A DNA stretch of 64,000 bases from Marsupella aquatica (lineage: Eukaryota > Plantae > Marchantiophyta), in assembly GCA_973895155.1 (NCBI GenBank), contig OZ316895.1, positions 24,867,538 to 24,931,537 of the forward strand, given 5' to 3'. A model generated the notes under the pieces. That model saw nothing but the letters and a program-made list of their open reading frames with translations, had not been told where the DNA came from and made no database searches. Position numbers and translations under genes: made by a program. Positions 14,275 through 26,990 of this stretch are shown in pieces (position 1 is the stretch's first letter; the number at the start of each line of letters is the position of its first letter).

Positions 14275-14276
14275 CA

Positions 14277-15376
14277 AAAGGAGTTTGATGACCATTTTTA
14301 GTCCTTGCAACTAGAACTTGCACCTCCAATTGCTGAGCTAACTCCATGGCTAGCACAGTCCAGATGACATGAACTTGCGACCCAATTTATGCCAAAAGGG
14401 GTACCATTTTTGCAAGGGTATTTACAAATGACAGGAAACAGCAAACAATAACTGAAAACAAAAACTGGTAACAAGAAAATGAGTGGTAATTTTTTTTGAA
14501 TTTTTTTAGTGATTTGTTTTTTGGGAATTTTATTTTTTTTCTTCAAATTTTATTTTTATTTGCTAGCGCCCAAAGCTAGCCAAAAAAATTTGTAACTTAA
14601 TTTTTTTTGGAAAATGAGACTTTTTAGAAAATATTTTGACATGGTCATTTTGCTGGTAACAGTAACTTTTTGCTGGTAACAGAAAAACTTTTGTTGGTAC
14701 CAGTAAACCTGTTTGTTGTTTACTGTTTACTGTCATGCGTGCCATACCCATTTTTGCAGGTGAAAGCACAAATGCTCCCACCACCAAAGCAGGGAAAATC
14801 TCCACTCTCATATGTCAATCGAGTGGTGACTATCTACATGAACAATGTACAAGATTTGGTTCTTAAAGAGGTGGATTACAGATTGAGAAGACTAGTGGAG
14901 AAGACAAATATCAATGATGATGTTGCAGTGGGATTCAATCAATTGAACTCAAAGTCATCAAGGAATAGGTACTGTGATATAATCACAGAATTCATTCTTT
15001 GCTTGCTTTGATCTTCTTCTGATGAACTTAGTTCGGACATTCATGTTTTTCAGACAAATAGAGAAGAAATGGAAGTTGCTCTTCAAAAATTCATGGGTCA
15101 GCTCAATGAATTAGATGACAATTCTATTGAGGATGTTGACTTGGCTGTTCTACATAATCTGATGATTCATCTTTGGACTCCAAAGATGCCTACAACACTT
15201 GAAGCAGGAAGAGCAGCGAACTGTATTTTCACTCAGTTTCTTATTTTACATTCACTCATAAAAGTTGGCCACAGTCCAGAAGCATAAGAGTATTCATTTT
15301 GGCATGTTCGTCATATTACACAACCAATGGCGATACTCAAATATTGGGCTAGTGCGACCATTTTGATGCACCTTGC
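14277..15376 (+). pseudogene. 5' portion of a tyrosine-recombinase-like/RecQ helicase gene (fungal DUF3505/telomere-linked-helicase type), with introns
   Basis: Contains the motif ELTPWLAQSR*HEL near 14336-14377 and putative splice sites (tttgcag at 14759, gtactg at 14969, tttcag at 15053). The frame MAILKYWASATILMHL continues directly into 28834 once the A3 insertion is removed. Confidence 0.65.
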
Positions 15377-18335
15377 TGTGGTGCGTCCCATGGCTCCCTA
15401 AACCCAAGAAACCCCTGTCACAAGCCGAGTCCCGCAGGTTTTGCTCTTGGCGAGGCCGATTTCGCGGCTTGGGCGGCATGGGACGCTGCTAACCCCCGTC
15501 TACTCTTTTTGCTATTAACATTTTACACACATATACTGGACAGATCCTTCATCGGGTCATGAGATACGTAGCAGGCCTAATCCAGGCCTTCCCTTGTCTT
15601 CCCCTCCTGTTGGTTAGGTATATTTGGATTCCGCCGCCGAAATGATCCCCAATTGGCTTGGTTAAGCCGCTAAGACCTCTCTCAGCTTGACACATCCAAT
15701 TCTCACTCCCTTGCTTACTTTCCTTCCTCTGTTGGTTGATGTGGGCACTCTTCACACAAGTTAATGCGACACACAAGTAGTAAAATGACTCCTTCTGACT
15801 GAGTTATACCATGCACTTGCCATACAAACAGTACATCTCATACACAAGTTCTGCGAACTAAGCCGTGAGGCCAACTCTATTCAACTCTTAGGCATGAGGA
15901 AACATGAATATACACAAGGGTCACTGTATAACTAACCGAGAGCTTCTCTTATTACTTGATCCCAGCCCTGCTGGTGCAACTAAAAACTTGCTAAAGAAGA
16001 GGCCCTGAGCTACCCGCTGCCCAGGTACTTATCCTAGTAGTGGATCTGCCAATTCTTAGCCGCGTAAGCTTAGTACATCCTACTTGTAATCTACCTAACT
16101 GCAATCTACCTATGTACAGCAAGGCAGGAGCACAAGTGTTGCTCCTACCAGTGGATCCGCAATCCCACTAATCTAAGTGTCAGGGCTGTCTCCTGGTCCT
16201 GATCCTCAGCCTAAACTTGGAGATCTGAGCCCACCCTGCCCACTCACGCCTCCGACCTCCACGTCCGTCCCTCCTAAAAGGAATGGCGCCCTTGCACCGT
16301 CACGACACCGGTGGCGGATCCTCAATGGACGCCCCCAACGTTTCCTCCGCAGCCACTGCCGTCGGTCCTTCCTCTGACAGATTACCTGCCCCGGACCGAG
16401 TCAACTCTTCATCGGCCTCACTGGGTCCACCTTCGGCTTCGGCTTCGGCATCAGTATCGGCCACAGCCTTCAATACGGCTACGGCCTCCTCGGCCTGCTC
16501 AAGTGGTGGATCTTCTGCCGTGACCCTGCCCGTTGTTGGTGGTGGGTTTACCTCCTTGGTCACAACGGCTTGAGAAGCCGTGTTACTCCCTGACCCCGAA
16601 GGTTTTCGCTTCTTCTTCTTCCCTGGTTCGGCAGCTGGTCCCTTCCCCTTGCCACCTACCACCGGCACAGGGGCATGTGTATCGGCTTGTCCTTCGGCCA
16701 GTACCACTCCTGGTAACTTGGTTGCCCCAATTGGATCTGGACCTGATGAAGCCAAGCACTTAAATACTGCGGCTTGTTTCTTCAGCCGCTCTGTTTGATT
16801 GTCGGCCCGCCGTTGTAAGTTCTCCATCTTCCGCGTGCTTTCCTCCAACTCTTCCTGCACTTCGTCCAGGTCCTTCCTCGCCTCCTTCAGCTCTTTTTGG
16901 GCTTCCTCCAACTCTTTCTGGGCTTCCTCCAACTCTTTCTTTAAGGTAGCCCTCTCCTCCTGGTTTGCTCTCAGCTCCTTGTCGAGCTCCGACACGACCT
17001 CAGACTCCATTTTATTCATCTTGGCATAAGTCTGGTCGAGCTGGTCGTCTTTCTCGCGGAGGTCGGCCTTGAAGTTGGCCGTCAGGGATGCAAGCTCCTG
17101 TTGTAGCAGAATAATCCCTTGATAGGATTTCCCTAACTCGGCCTCCTTCTGCTCAAGGGCTCCGCGAATATCCTCGAGCTCCCCCTTCAATGCCCTTTCC
17201 CTTCTCTGGGTCTCCGCTATGGCCCGGTTGTTGGCTGCTATGTGGGCCTCCTCTGTGTCCCTCAGCTCTCGCTTCCACTTCTCCCTCTCCTTGATTGCTT
17301 CGGCCAACTCTCCTTGGGTCCGAGTAAGTTTATTCTCGATAAGCCGATTATCAAACTGTGCGGTATCCAATTGGCCCTACATGATGTTTAGCTCATGCCG
17401 CTTAATTCGCAGCTCATCTTGGGCTTTCTTGGCCGCCTTCAGGTCTTCTACTTCGGCTTCCCTTGCCCTAAGCCGACGGATGACCTCGTCCTTCTTGCTT
17501 CTTTCCAAAGCCACCGCTTCTTCTAATCGGCGCTTCTCCAACATCTCCCTCTGGAAAAAAGGTCCCTGCTCCAACTCCTCCCCAAAAATGTTGAGCGCAA
17601 GTTTCCACACATCTCCCCGTACTCCATGGCTCTATCTTTAGCATAGGTGGAGTAAGTAGAAGTCATCGGCATCAACCACCGCGGCCTCTGTTCCCAAGCC
17701 GCCCTACGGATTTCTTCTATGGTGGCAAGAGGGTTGCTTCTTTTTTCGGCAAGCCGCTTAATGTCTTCTGGCCAATCTCCTCCTGGTAAATCTTTCTCCT
17801 TAGCCAGGGCTGCCTTCTCTTCCTCCCTGAGTCGCTCCTGAAACTCTTGTGTCGTCTGCTTTATACCGTCAAAGCTCGAGGGAGCGATATCGGGTGGGGG
17901 AGACTCAGGGCTGCTCTGCTGTGTCGGGTCCCCTCGAACTACTCTTGGGAGCGTGGGGATGAACCGGCCACAGGTCCTTACTCCTGGAACATGATGATCC
18001 GACCCCTAGCCAGAGTTATCATTGTTGTAGTCCTCCATCGCCTCCTCTTCGGCTTGGTCTCCCGCCCTCCTGGTTGATCTCTTGTTCTCCCTATCATGGC
18101 CGGGAGCTACAAGCTGCTCCTCCTCGGCTTTGGGACTTGAGGCTCCTACATACATTCGAACTCCTGGCTCGTGTTCTGGCCTCCTTCTCTCCTTGGCTCC
18201 AGTAAAGGGGTTTTCCCTTGTAAGCCGGTTTAGGCCTACCTCTGGAGTAGAGTCCTGTATTGGTGTCGTTGTGTGGTGCGTCCCATGGCTCCCTAAACCC
18301 CAAGAACCCCCCTACACAAGCCGATTCCCGCAGAT

Positions 18336-21300
18336 TGTCACGTCGTAGGCTTCGGCCTTAACTTAGACTTCAGCTTAGACGGGCACATCCCTCGTAAATC
18401 TGAGGGTTCGGGCAGGAAGGGAAGCACGTAATGCACCTTATTCTCGTAAACTAGCGCTAAGTGCGCCTACTGCTAAATACGGACACCTCCTAGGTATGGT
18501 TTGTGTTCCGCCGCTGGAACGTACCTTAGTCGATAGCAGGATCGACCCCGGCTTAAGGGCTTCTAAGCCTTCGTGCTGTCCGCCTTCGATCCGGATTCGA
18601 TGATACAGGTCCCCAACCCGTGCTCGCAACCACTTACCCGCAGGCTGCACCCTGTGCACGTCTCGGGTAGTGCGTTCGGCCTAGCGCTGCCACCCATATA
18701 CAAGAAACCCACACACATATGCGCACACATGCATACAATCTCGATTTACACGAAGGAAAATGATGGGAAAGGATTTTACTACAAAGGGGACATATGCGTA
18801 CACTTAGTTGACCCGACAGCCCTGGAATGAACAGGTTCAAGGCCGAGGGTGCACACTACAATGGAGCCCGGCTCCGCACTCGCCCGGCGAGCTTAGTCCT
18901 ACCCCCTCCCCTTGGTACTCTTTCATTCCCAGAGGTCGGGACTCCCCGCATATCCCGCGGATGTCCGACTCTGAAACTAAAAACCCCCCTGCCTCTACCG
19001 AGGGGTGCACTAAATACTAAGAGCCGAGGGACGGGGTGTCCTCTCACCGAAGATTCGCTGACTAAGGTCCTAACTAAGCTGACAGTCAGGCCGGAAAACG
19101 GTTGTGTCTTATTAGAAGATCCTAATCTACGCAGGCTGGACAGCAGGGCAGCGCTGCTGTACCTAAGGCAGATGCCTGTCCCAAGAGCCTGACTAAGCCA
19201 ATCCTAATCCTAATCTATTCCTACTCCGCCGCTAATGCCTGGCACGCTTGCCAGAGCCGCCCGAATGGGAACGGCCATCCCGCTGCCTTCGAAGCCTGTC
19301 ATTGTCCGCTTTGAGGAGCTGGACCTGGTCCAGCAGAGATTCGTTCTCTCGCCTCGCCGCGTCCGTCTCCTCTGCTGCCTCCTAACATGCCTCCTCCAGC
19401 TGCTGGGCGTCGCTCGTCAGTTTAGCCGCCAGCTGATCCTGCTTCTCGGCCTCGGTTTGGAGCCGCGCTATCTCGGCCTGCAGCGTGGCTATCTCCGCCG
19501 TGTCCCGCTGGGCTCGCTCCTCGGCCTCCTCCAGGTCTTTCTGCCAGGTGACAGCTTGTGTCTTCAAACTGTCAATCTGGTTCCGGAGTCGTGTAATCTC
19601 GGCCTCGTTCCCAGCTTTGGCCTGTTCGGCTAGGGCGGTAAGAGCGTACGCCTTTGCTAACAACTCATCGGCGGCTGCAACCTTGGGTCGTAGTTGCAGA
19701 AGCTCAGCCTCTTGAGCCGCCACTTTGTTCTTTAGGTACACGGACTCCACCCGGTACCGCTCTATCCTCTGAAGGGCCTCCGACTGGGCCCGACCTGCCT
19801 TTACGGCGGCAACCAACTCCTGATTGAAGAAACAGGCTACTTTCCGGGCCATGAACTCCCCGGTATCCCGGGAAATTTGATGAGAGAAATCTCCCAGAAG
19901 CCCGTTCAGGAACGTACCCTGTACGAAGAGTTCCGGGTGGTCCAAGTTGTGCCTGTCCGGATTTGGGCACGGGCAGACGTCAACACGCGCAGGGGCCGGG
20001 CAGTGACGTCCAGCCCGGGGGACATAACATTGGAAGGGGCTGGAGTGTCCTCCTGCAGCGATGTCCGGTTCTCCGGAATTGCCACCGGCGGGTCCTTGGG
20101 AGACCCGGGTTTGGGTAAGACCTCTGCCGTACCAACTTCTGTACTTAGCCTGGCTAGTTGGGTCGCATCAACGGTTGCGACGACCGACCCCTCCGGCACC
20201 TCCTCGGTTACGGTTACAGCTATTTGTGGAGGTGGGGTGGGTGAAGCTGGCGTGTCCACTAGACTTCGGGCCTCGGGTTGGGGCCGTCTCTCCAATGCCG
20301 GAAAAACCCACCTAGTTGGGACCAGCTTTGTAACGTTGATGCGGGGAAGGGTTCGTCGATCAAACCGGGCGTACCACTCAAGAATGATTTCGATGTGGCT
20401 AGCGAAATACGCCTTCCCGCCAATGTACAGCGTCTTCCTTCGCCGCTCCATCTCTTCATGGAATTTCTTAGCGAAGTACGACGCCCATTTCCTAGGTCGA
20501 TAGTTCTCGACCTGGATAACCTGGGCGGCGGAGATCTCCCCCCGGGGTTCCATCATGTGGAGAGCGTACCTTTGGAACTCCAGCCGCTCAGCTATCTCAG
20601 GCATGAGGCAGGTCCTCATCACGAACCCGTTGTCTACTGCTCCCTCTGAGGGAAAACTTGAAGATTGGTACTTGGCCCCCTTGCCCCCGGGAGCCCGTGA
20701 TTCGACTCGATGGTCACCTTCGGGTAACCCGAAGATCATCTTGAGCCGTTCTTCTGTGAGGGACATATTCCTTCCCCGCAGCCGAGTCTGTTGACGTACG
20801 TCGTCATAATTCTTGACGAATTCTGTCATGTCCTCCCCGTAGTACCTGCAAGTGTTCCAGGGGAGAGAGGCGAGGTGCTCAAATCCCTGAGTCTTCAGGT
20901 ACACCGCATGCTTGGGATGGAGGATGTTGCTGTGAACGTTTTCCCCCATGCGGTGCATCGTCACCTTGGCTACGGCTACCGTGGCCAATGGTAACCCGGA
21001 TGCAGTGGCAGATTCCTTCCTCTTCTTTCCCCGTGACTGACTCGGGGAAGGTGATACTTCCCCATCCTCCCGATCGGGCCTGGGGAGTGCCACTGCCATT
21101 GGTAACGGGCCCGGGGCGGCCACGGTCACCATGTTGTCTGCTGGGGCCGCTCCTGGGGTCAGAGCAGGGGGTGGGGACGATATAGTGTCGGCCCCCCGAG
21201 CGCTTGTTCCTCTGGGCCGCCTGGTCAAGGGTGGGGTAGCCTCGTCGTCATCGCTAAGTTCCACAGCGTTGATGACGGAGCGTACCTGTGCTGGCTGGGT

Positions 21301-22351
21301 GATAGGTGGTGGGGTTTGGCTAGGCTGCGGCTGAGGCTGAAGCTGAAGCTGAGCCTGAGGTTGAGGCTGGGGTTGCATGGGCACGGGTACGGGTACGGGC
21401 ACGGCTGAGTTGGTCATGTTGGTCGATGGCCGAGTTCCCATGAAGCTCTGCAGGTGCTGGTAGAAGTTTTCCGAAGCCAGTGCGGACGCCCTTGTCGAAC
21501 GGTTGGTACTGGACTCGCCGTTAATGACAGCCCGAACCTGGGCAGGGATGTGGTCGAAGTGATGTCGCTGCAGGTCGATTGTACCCGGGATGTTGAAGAC
21601 CTCGTCCGGAAGCCGAAGCAATGCTTCCCAGAACCCGATATATTTGTCTCCGTTGAAGAAGTACCCAGATACCTTTGCTGGTCGGTAAAGCTCGCTCTGA
21701 GACGGGTAGTCAAAGTTAAGGATGTAGTGGTGTCGTCCTGCTAGGCGGATGGCTCTCTCGTATTCGCGTTCGATTTCGTATCGGTGCGGGTTGGCGTGTT
21801 TCAATGAATCGGCCAAGTGCCTTCCGGTAGATAGGAACTGCGTCCAGAATCGAATGGCCAAGCTGGAGAGGATCGTGTGCGACATTCAGAGGAGATAGTA
21901 GTGGCGACCTAGAGAGAACGAGAGAGCTGGGGTCAAAGCTGGCGCGCGGACTGATGGACTGGTGCACTACAAAGGGTTGGCTCCCCTTTTATACTTTGAG
22001 GGCTTGTCGATCCCCGACGTCTCCTCGATGCCCATAGGCTGAACCGCTCACGCTTGTGGTGTACCGGCCACTCCGCCGGTCCGAGTCAGCGTGCATCAGT
22101 GGCCGATTCCTTAAGTTCGTTATACGGACCCGAGGGAGGGGCCCTTCCACGCTCGTAACCCGGGTGTGCGAATAGCGACCCGCCGCCAGCCCGAACCTGA
22201 AGTCCCCCTTATTGCCTAATGATGTCCTACCCCTAATGATTACCTAAATACTGTCGTTATGCTAATAATAGCGGCCTAAGACCCACCTAACACGCGTGCC
22301 AAGCGCAGTTAGACTGAATCACTCATTAACCGCCGTACCGGCGGCGTCACA
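18336..22351 (-). mobile_element. Family B unit, copy B1 (4016 bp, complete; nested in A4)
   Basis: Termini TGTCACG...CGTCACA. TSD CAGAT at 18331-18335 and 22352-22356. A second copy starts at 63254. Confidence 0.95.
19382..21885 (-). pseudogene. Family B ORF (659 aa + 187 aa, one frameshift near 19.9 kb): plant-transposon accessory-type domain plus coiled coil
   Basis: The segment YLKTQGFEHLASLPW...EFVKNYD...TRLRGRNMSLTEERLKMIFGLPEG...SFPSEGAVDNGF aligns by eye with family A FMAGSGLEAFVRLPW...EFVGSWE...TRIYGKDFYLTPKVIAEVFGLPIG...SFPGPSTKNGF. The C-terminal piece is heptad-rich. Confidence 0.7.
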
Positions 22352-23208
22352 CAGATTTTTGCGCTTGGCGAGGCCGTTTCGCGGCTTAGCGGCATGGGAC
22401 GCTGCTAACTTCCTTCTACTACTACTATTAACATTTTACACACATATACTGGACAGATCCTTCATCGGGTCATGAGATACGTAGCCGGCCTAATCTAGGC
22501 CTTCTCTTGTCTTCACCTCCTTTTTGTTAGGTATATTTGGATTCCGCCGCCGGAATGATCCCCAATAGGCTTGGTTAAGCCGCTAAGACCTCTCTCAGCT
22601 CGACACATCCAACTCTCACTCCCTTGCTTACTTTCTTTCCTTCTGGTTGATGTGGGCACTCTTCACACAAGTTAATGCGACACACAAATCGCAAAATGAC
22701 TCCTTCTGACTGAGTCATACCATGCACTTGCTATACAAACAGTACATCTCATACACAAGTTCTGCGAACTAAGCCGTGAGGCCAACTCTATTCAGCTCTT
22801 AGGCATGAGGAAACATGAATATACACAAGGGTCACTGTATGACTAACCGAGAGCTTCTCTTACTACTTGATCCCAGCCCGGCTGGTGCAACTAAAAACTT
22901 GCTAAAGAAGAGGCCCTGAGCTCCCCGCTGCCCAGGTACTTATCCTGGTAGTGGATCCGCCTAATTCCTTGCAGCGTAAGCCTAATCTACCTATCTGAAT
23001 CTACCTATCTAAATCTACGTATGTACAGCGAGGCAGGAGTACAAGTGTTGCTCTTACTAGTGGAACCGCAATCCCACTAAGCTAAGTGTCAGGACCGCCT
23101 CCTGGTCCTGATCCTAATCCTAAACTTAGAGATCTGAGCCCGCCCTGCCCACTCACGCCTCCTCCCTCCACGTCCGCCCTCTTTGAAGGGAGCGGCCCCC
23201 TTGCACCG

Positions 23209-26200
23209 TCACGACACTGGTGGCTGGTCCTCAATGGACGCCCCCAACGCTTCCTCCTCAGCCACTGTCATAGATTTGTTCTCTGACAGATTACCTGCCC
23301 TGGACTGAGTCAACTCTCCATCGGCCTGACTGGGTCCACCATTGGCTTCGGCATCGGCATCGGCTACGGCCTCAGCATCGGCTACGGCCTCAGCATCGGC
23401 TACGGCCTCAGCATCGGCTACGGCCTCAGCATCGGCTACGGCCTCAGCTGCACACTCAAGTGGCGGATTGGGTACATCGGCTTTATTATCGAATATCCTG
23501 GCCTCGGCTTTGACATCCCCTTCTTCTTTGGTAGTTGGATCCTCTGCCGTGACCCTGCCTGAGGTCGGTACTGGGTCTACCTCCTTGGTCACCACGGCCT
23601 GTGGAGCCGTATTACTCCTTGACCCTGAAGGTTTCCGCTTCTTCTTCTTTTCTGGTTCGGCAGCTGGCCCCTTCCCCTTCCCACTTACTTCCGGCACTGG
23701 TGCAAGTGGCGCGGCTTGTCCTTCGGTCAGTACCACTCCTGGTAACTTGGTGGCCTCAATTGGAGTTGGGCTTGATGAGGCCAAGCACTTAAATACTGCG
23801 GCTTGCTTCTTTAGCCGCTCCGTTTGGTTGTCGGCACGTCGTTGTAAGTTCTCTAGCTTCCGCGTGCTTTCCTCCAACTCCTCCTGCAATTCGTCCAGGT
23901 CCTTGCGCACCTCCTTCAACTCCTTCTGGGCTTCCTCCAGCTCCCTGTGGGCTTCCTCCAATTCCTTCTTGAAGGTAGCCCTCTCCTCCTGGGTGGCTCT
24001 TAGCTCTTTATCGAGCTCCGTTACGACCTCAGACTCCATTTTATTCAGCTTGGCATAAGTTTGGTCGAGCTGGTCGTCCTTCTCTCGTAGGTCGGCCTTG
24101 AAGCTAGCCGTCAGGGACGTAAGCTCCTGCTGCAGCGCAGTAATCCCTTGATAGGATTTCCCTAACTCGGCCTCCCTCTGCTTAAGGGCTCCGCGGATAA
24201 CCTTGAGCTCCCCCTTCAATGCCCTTTCCCTTCTTTGGGTCTCCGTCATGGCCCGGTTGTTGGCTGCTATGTGGGCCTCCTCCGCATTCCTCAGCTCTCG
24301 CTTCCACTTCTCCCGCTCCTTGATCGCATCGGCCAACTCTTCTTGGGTTCGAGTCAGTTTATTCTCGATAATCCGATTATCAGACTGTGCGATATCCAAT
24401 TGGCCCTGCATGATATTTAGCTCATGCCGCTTAATCCGCAGCTCATCTTGGGCTTTCTTGGCCGCCCTCAGGTCTTTGATCTCGGCTTCCCTTGCCTTAA
24501 GCCGACGGATGACCTCGTCCTTCTTGCTTCTTTCCAAAGCCACCGCTTCTTCTAATTGGCGTTTTTCCAACATCTCCCTCTGGAAAAAAGGTCCTTGCTC
24601 CAACTCCTCCCCAAAGATGCTGAGCGCCAGCTCTCCACACATTTCCCCGTACTCCATGGCTCTATTTTTAGCATAGGTGGAGGAAGTAGAAGTCACCGGC
24701 ATCATCCACCGCGGCCTTTGTTCCCAAGCCGCCTTGCGGATCTCTTCTATTGTGGCTGGAGGGCTACTTTGTTTCTCTGCAAGCCGCCTGATGTTCTCTG
24801 GCCATTCTCCTCCTGGTAAATCCTTCTCCCTAGCCAGGGCTGCCTCCTCTTCTTTCTTGATTCGATCCTGAAATTCCTGCGCCGTCTGTTTTATGCCGTC
24901 AAAGCTCGGGGGAGCAACATCTGGTGGGGGAGACTCGGGGCTGCTCTACTGGGTCGGGTCCCCTCGAACTACTCTTGGGAGGGTGGGAATAAACCGGCCA
25001 CAGGTCCTTACTCCTGGAACATGATGATCCGACCCGTAACCGGAGTTATCATTGTTGTAGTCCTCCACCGCCTCCTCTTCGGCTTGGACTATCGGCTTCT
25101 CCCGCTGTTCTCCTGGTTTTGTCGTGAACACGGCTTCACCTATCACCGGTCTTGGTTCCTCCTCCGGCTTCCGTGTTGATCTCTTGTTCTCCTTGTCGTG
25201 GCCGGGAGCTTCGGCCTGCTTCTCCTCGGCTTCGGGACTAGAGGCTCCTACATACATCCGGACTCCCAGCTCGTGTTCCGGCCTTCTACTCTCCTTGGCT
25301 CCAGTAAAGGGGTTTTCCCTTGTAAGCCGGCTTAGTCCTACCTCTGGAGCAGTGTCCTATGTTGGTGTTGTTGCCGTTGTCGTTGTCGTTCTCTTTTCCT
25401 TCTCCAGCAATCTCAGCAGATTCTGCATGACTGGTTGCTGCATCGGCAAGTCCTCCGTCCTTGGCCTAAACACCTGATCGATTGTAGGACTATCGGGCGG
25501 GTTGGGTTTCTCCGTTGCCGGCCTCTGTTCCGGAACCTCCTCTGGTGCCCTTGCTTGTAGGGGAAGTACCGGGGCAAAGGTCTTACTTCGGGCATACCGG
25601 CACAATAGCGGCATGTGATAGCCAAGCCAGGACACGCTTCCCTTGCCGATCACCAGCTGTTCCTCCTTCAAGATCTTCTTTAGTTGAGTGAGGAGGTAAC
25701 CGTTATAGTCCCGGCTTGGGTCTGGCCTCTCTGCCAGATAGACCTGTGCCTTGCCGATCTCTGGTCTCGGCCAGTTGCAATGCATGGTCACCCGCAAGAA
25801 ATCGATCATCTCTCCTATATGCGGGTTGGTGCAGGTGTTTCGGAAGAAGCCATTCTTTGTTGAAGGCCCTGGAAACGATCGGAACTCCTTGTCTGGCAAA
25901 GTCTTCCTGGTATCTACCTTGGTCTTATTGCCCATCGGCAAGCCAAACACTTCGGCAATCACCTGGGGAGTGAGATAGAACTCCTTCCCATACACCCTTG
26001 TGGAATTGGTCTCGGACTCCCATGATCCCACAAATTCTAGTAAGTCTGAATCCGGCACCTCCGACTTCAGCCACGGTAACCTTACGAAGGCTTCCAAGCC
26101 GGATCCGGCCATGAAGCCCTGGTACTTACGAGTCTGCATAGCTGTAAAGCATGCGTCCTCCTCCCGTGCAAAGTGTAATTGCACTTCCTCGGGGAGAATT

Positions 26201-26990
26201 GCCGCCCATCCTTTCTAGGTGTCATCTCTTGTTGGAATGGCGTTGATGGGGTTGACCTCCTCCTCCTCGGCTTCGCTTTGCCTCCTGTTCTGCTGTTCTG
26301 CTGGCTTCTTTGGTGCCGCCGACCTCGTTCTTTTGGTCGGGGTGGCCTCCTCGTTGCTGTTTCCCTTCCTCTTCATCTCGGCTGCCGTGGATGTCTCTCC
26401 TAGCACGGTTGCCTTTGTCCACCTCTCCGTGCTACCCTTCAACTCCCAGTGTATGTCGTTGCAGCGTTTGATGGCTTCGCGGATGCCGACAATTCTGTCT
26501 TCGCAAAATAGAAGGTCGTCGAGTTGATTGGTAGTAGGAGTCCACAAGAATTCGGCCTTGATGAGTTCTCCTCCTAAGAAGGCAGCTTTCTGCAGCTCCC
26601 AAAATCGAGCGAGCTCCTGCCGTTCTCGAGCTGCTCTCTCTGATTCTTCGTCCTCGTAAGTCCCAATGTACTCAGTTGCCCATTCGAACAGGCATCCCCA
26701 AAAATGTGCCGCTTGATTGGCGTTGCTCATACCCTTATCGAGTTGATAGCCGGTATCTACTCCCACCCTGAGTGCTTGCCTAAGCAGTCGATAGCAGTTG
26801 GCCGCCCGTAGTCGTCTGCCCAATTTGTTCTTGCAAATGAGCCGCAATTCTTCGCGAGCGGTCCCTTACCCCTCTCCTCCTGGCGTCTCTTTTCCGTGGG
26901 TGACCCCTAGCCGCCGGCACTCAGCGTGCCCAACCCTAATCGTGTTCTCTCCCCTAGCGTCCTCACTTCCGGCCTCGGGTCGGGTTCCAT
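23209..26990 (-). pseudogene. Family A ORF of copy A4, broken by premature stops
   Basis: ORF pieces 26215-26847, 25357-26184, 24946-25257 and 23209-24705 are collinear with the A5 1210-aa protein. Confidence 0.9.
23357..23448. repeat. 18-bp coding tandem repeat x5 (AEAVAD on the minus strand)
   Basis: Unit GCATCGGCTACGGCCTCA is repeated five times. Not amplified in copies A3 and A5. Confidence 0.9.

Noticed and set aside
23357-23448. Regular short repeats as a CRISPR-like array
   Set aside because: Head-to-tail 18-bp units with no spacers, inside a eukaryotic ORF.
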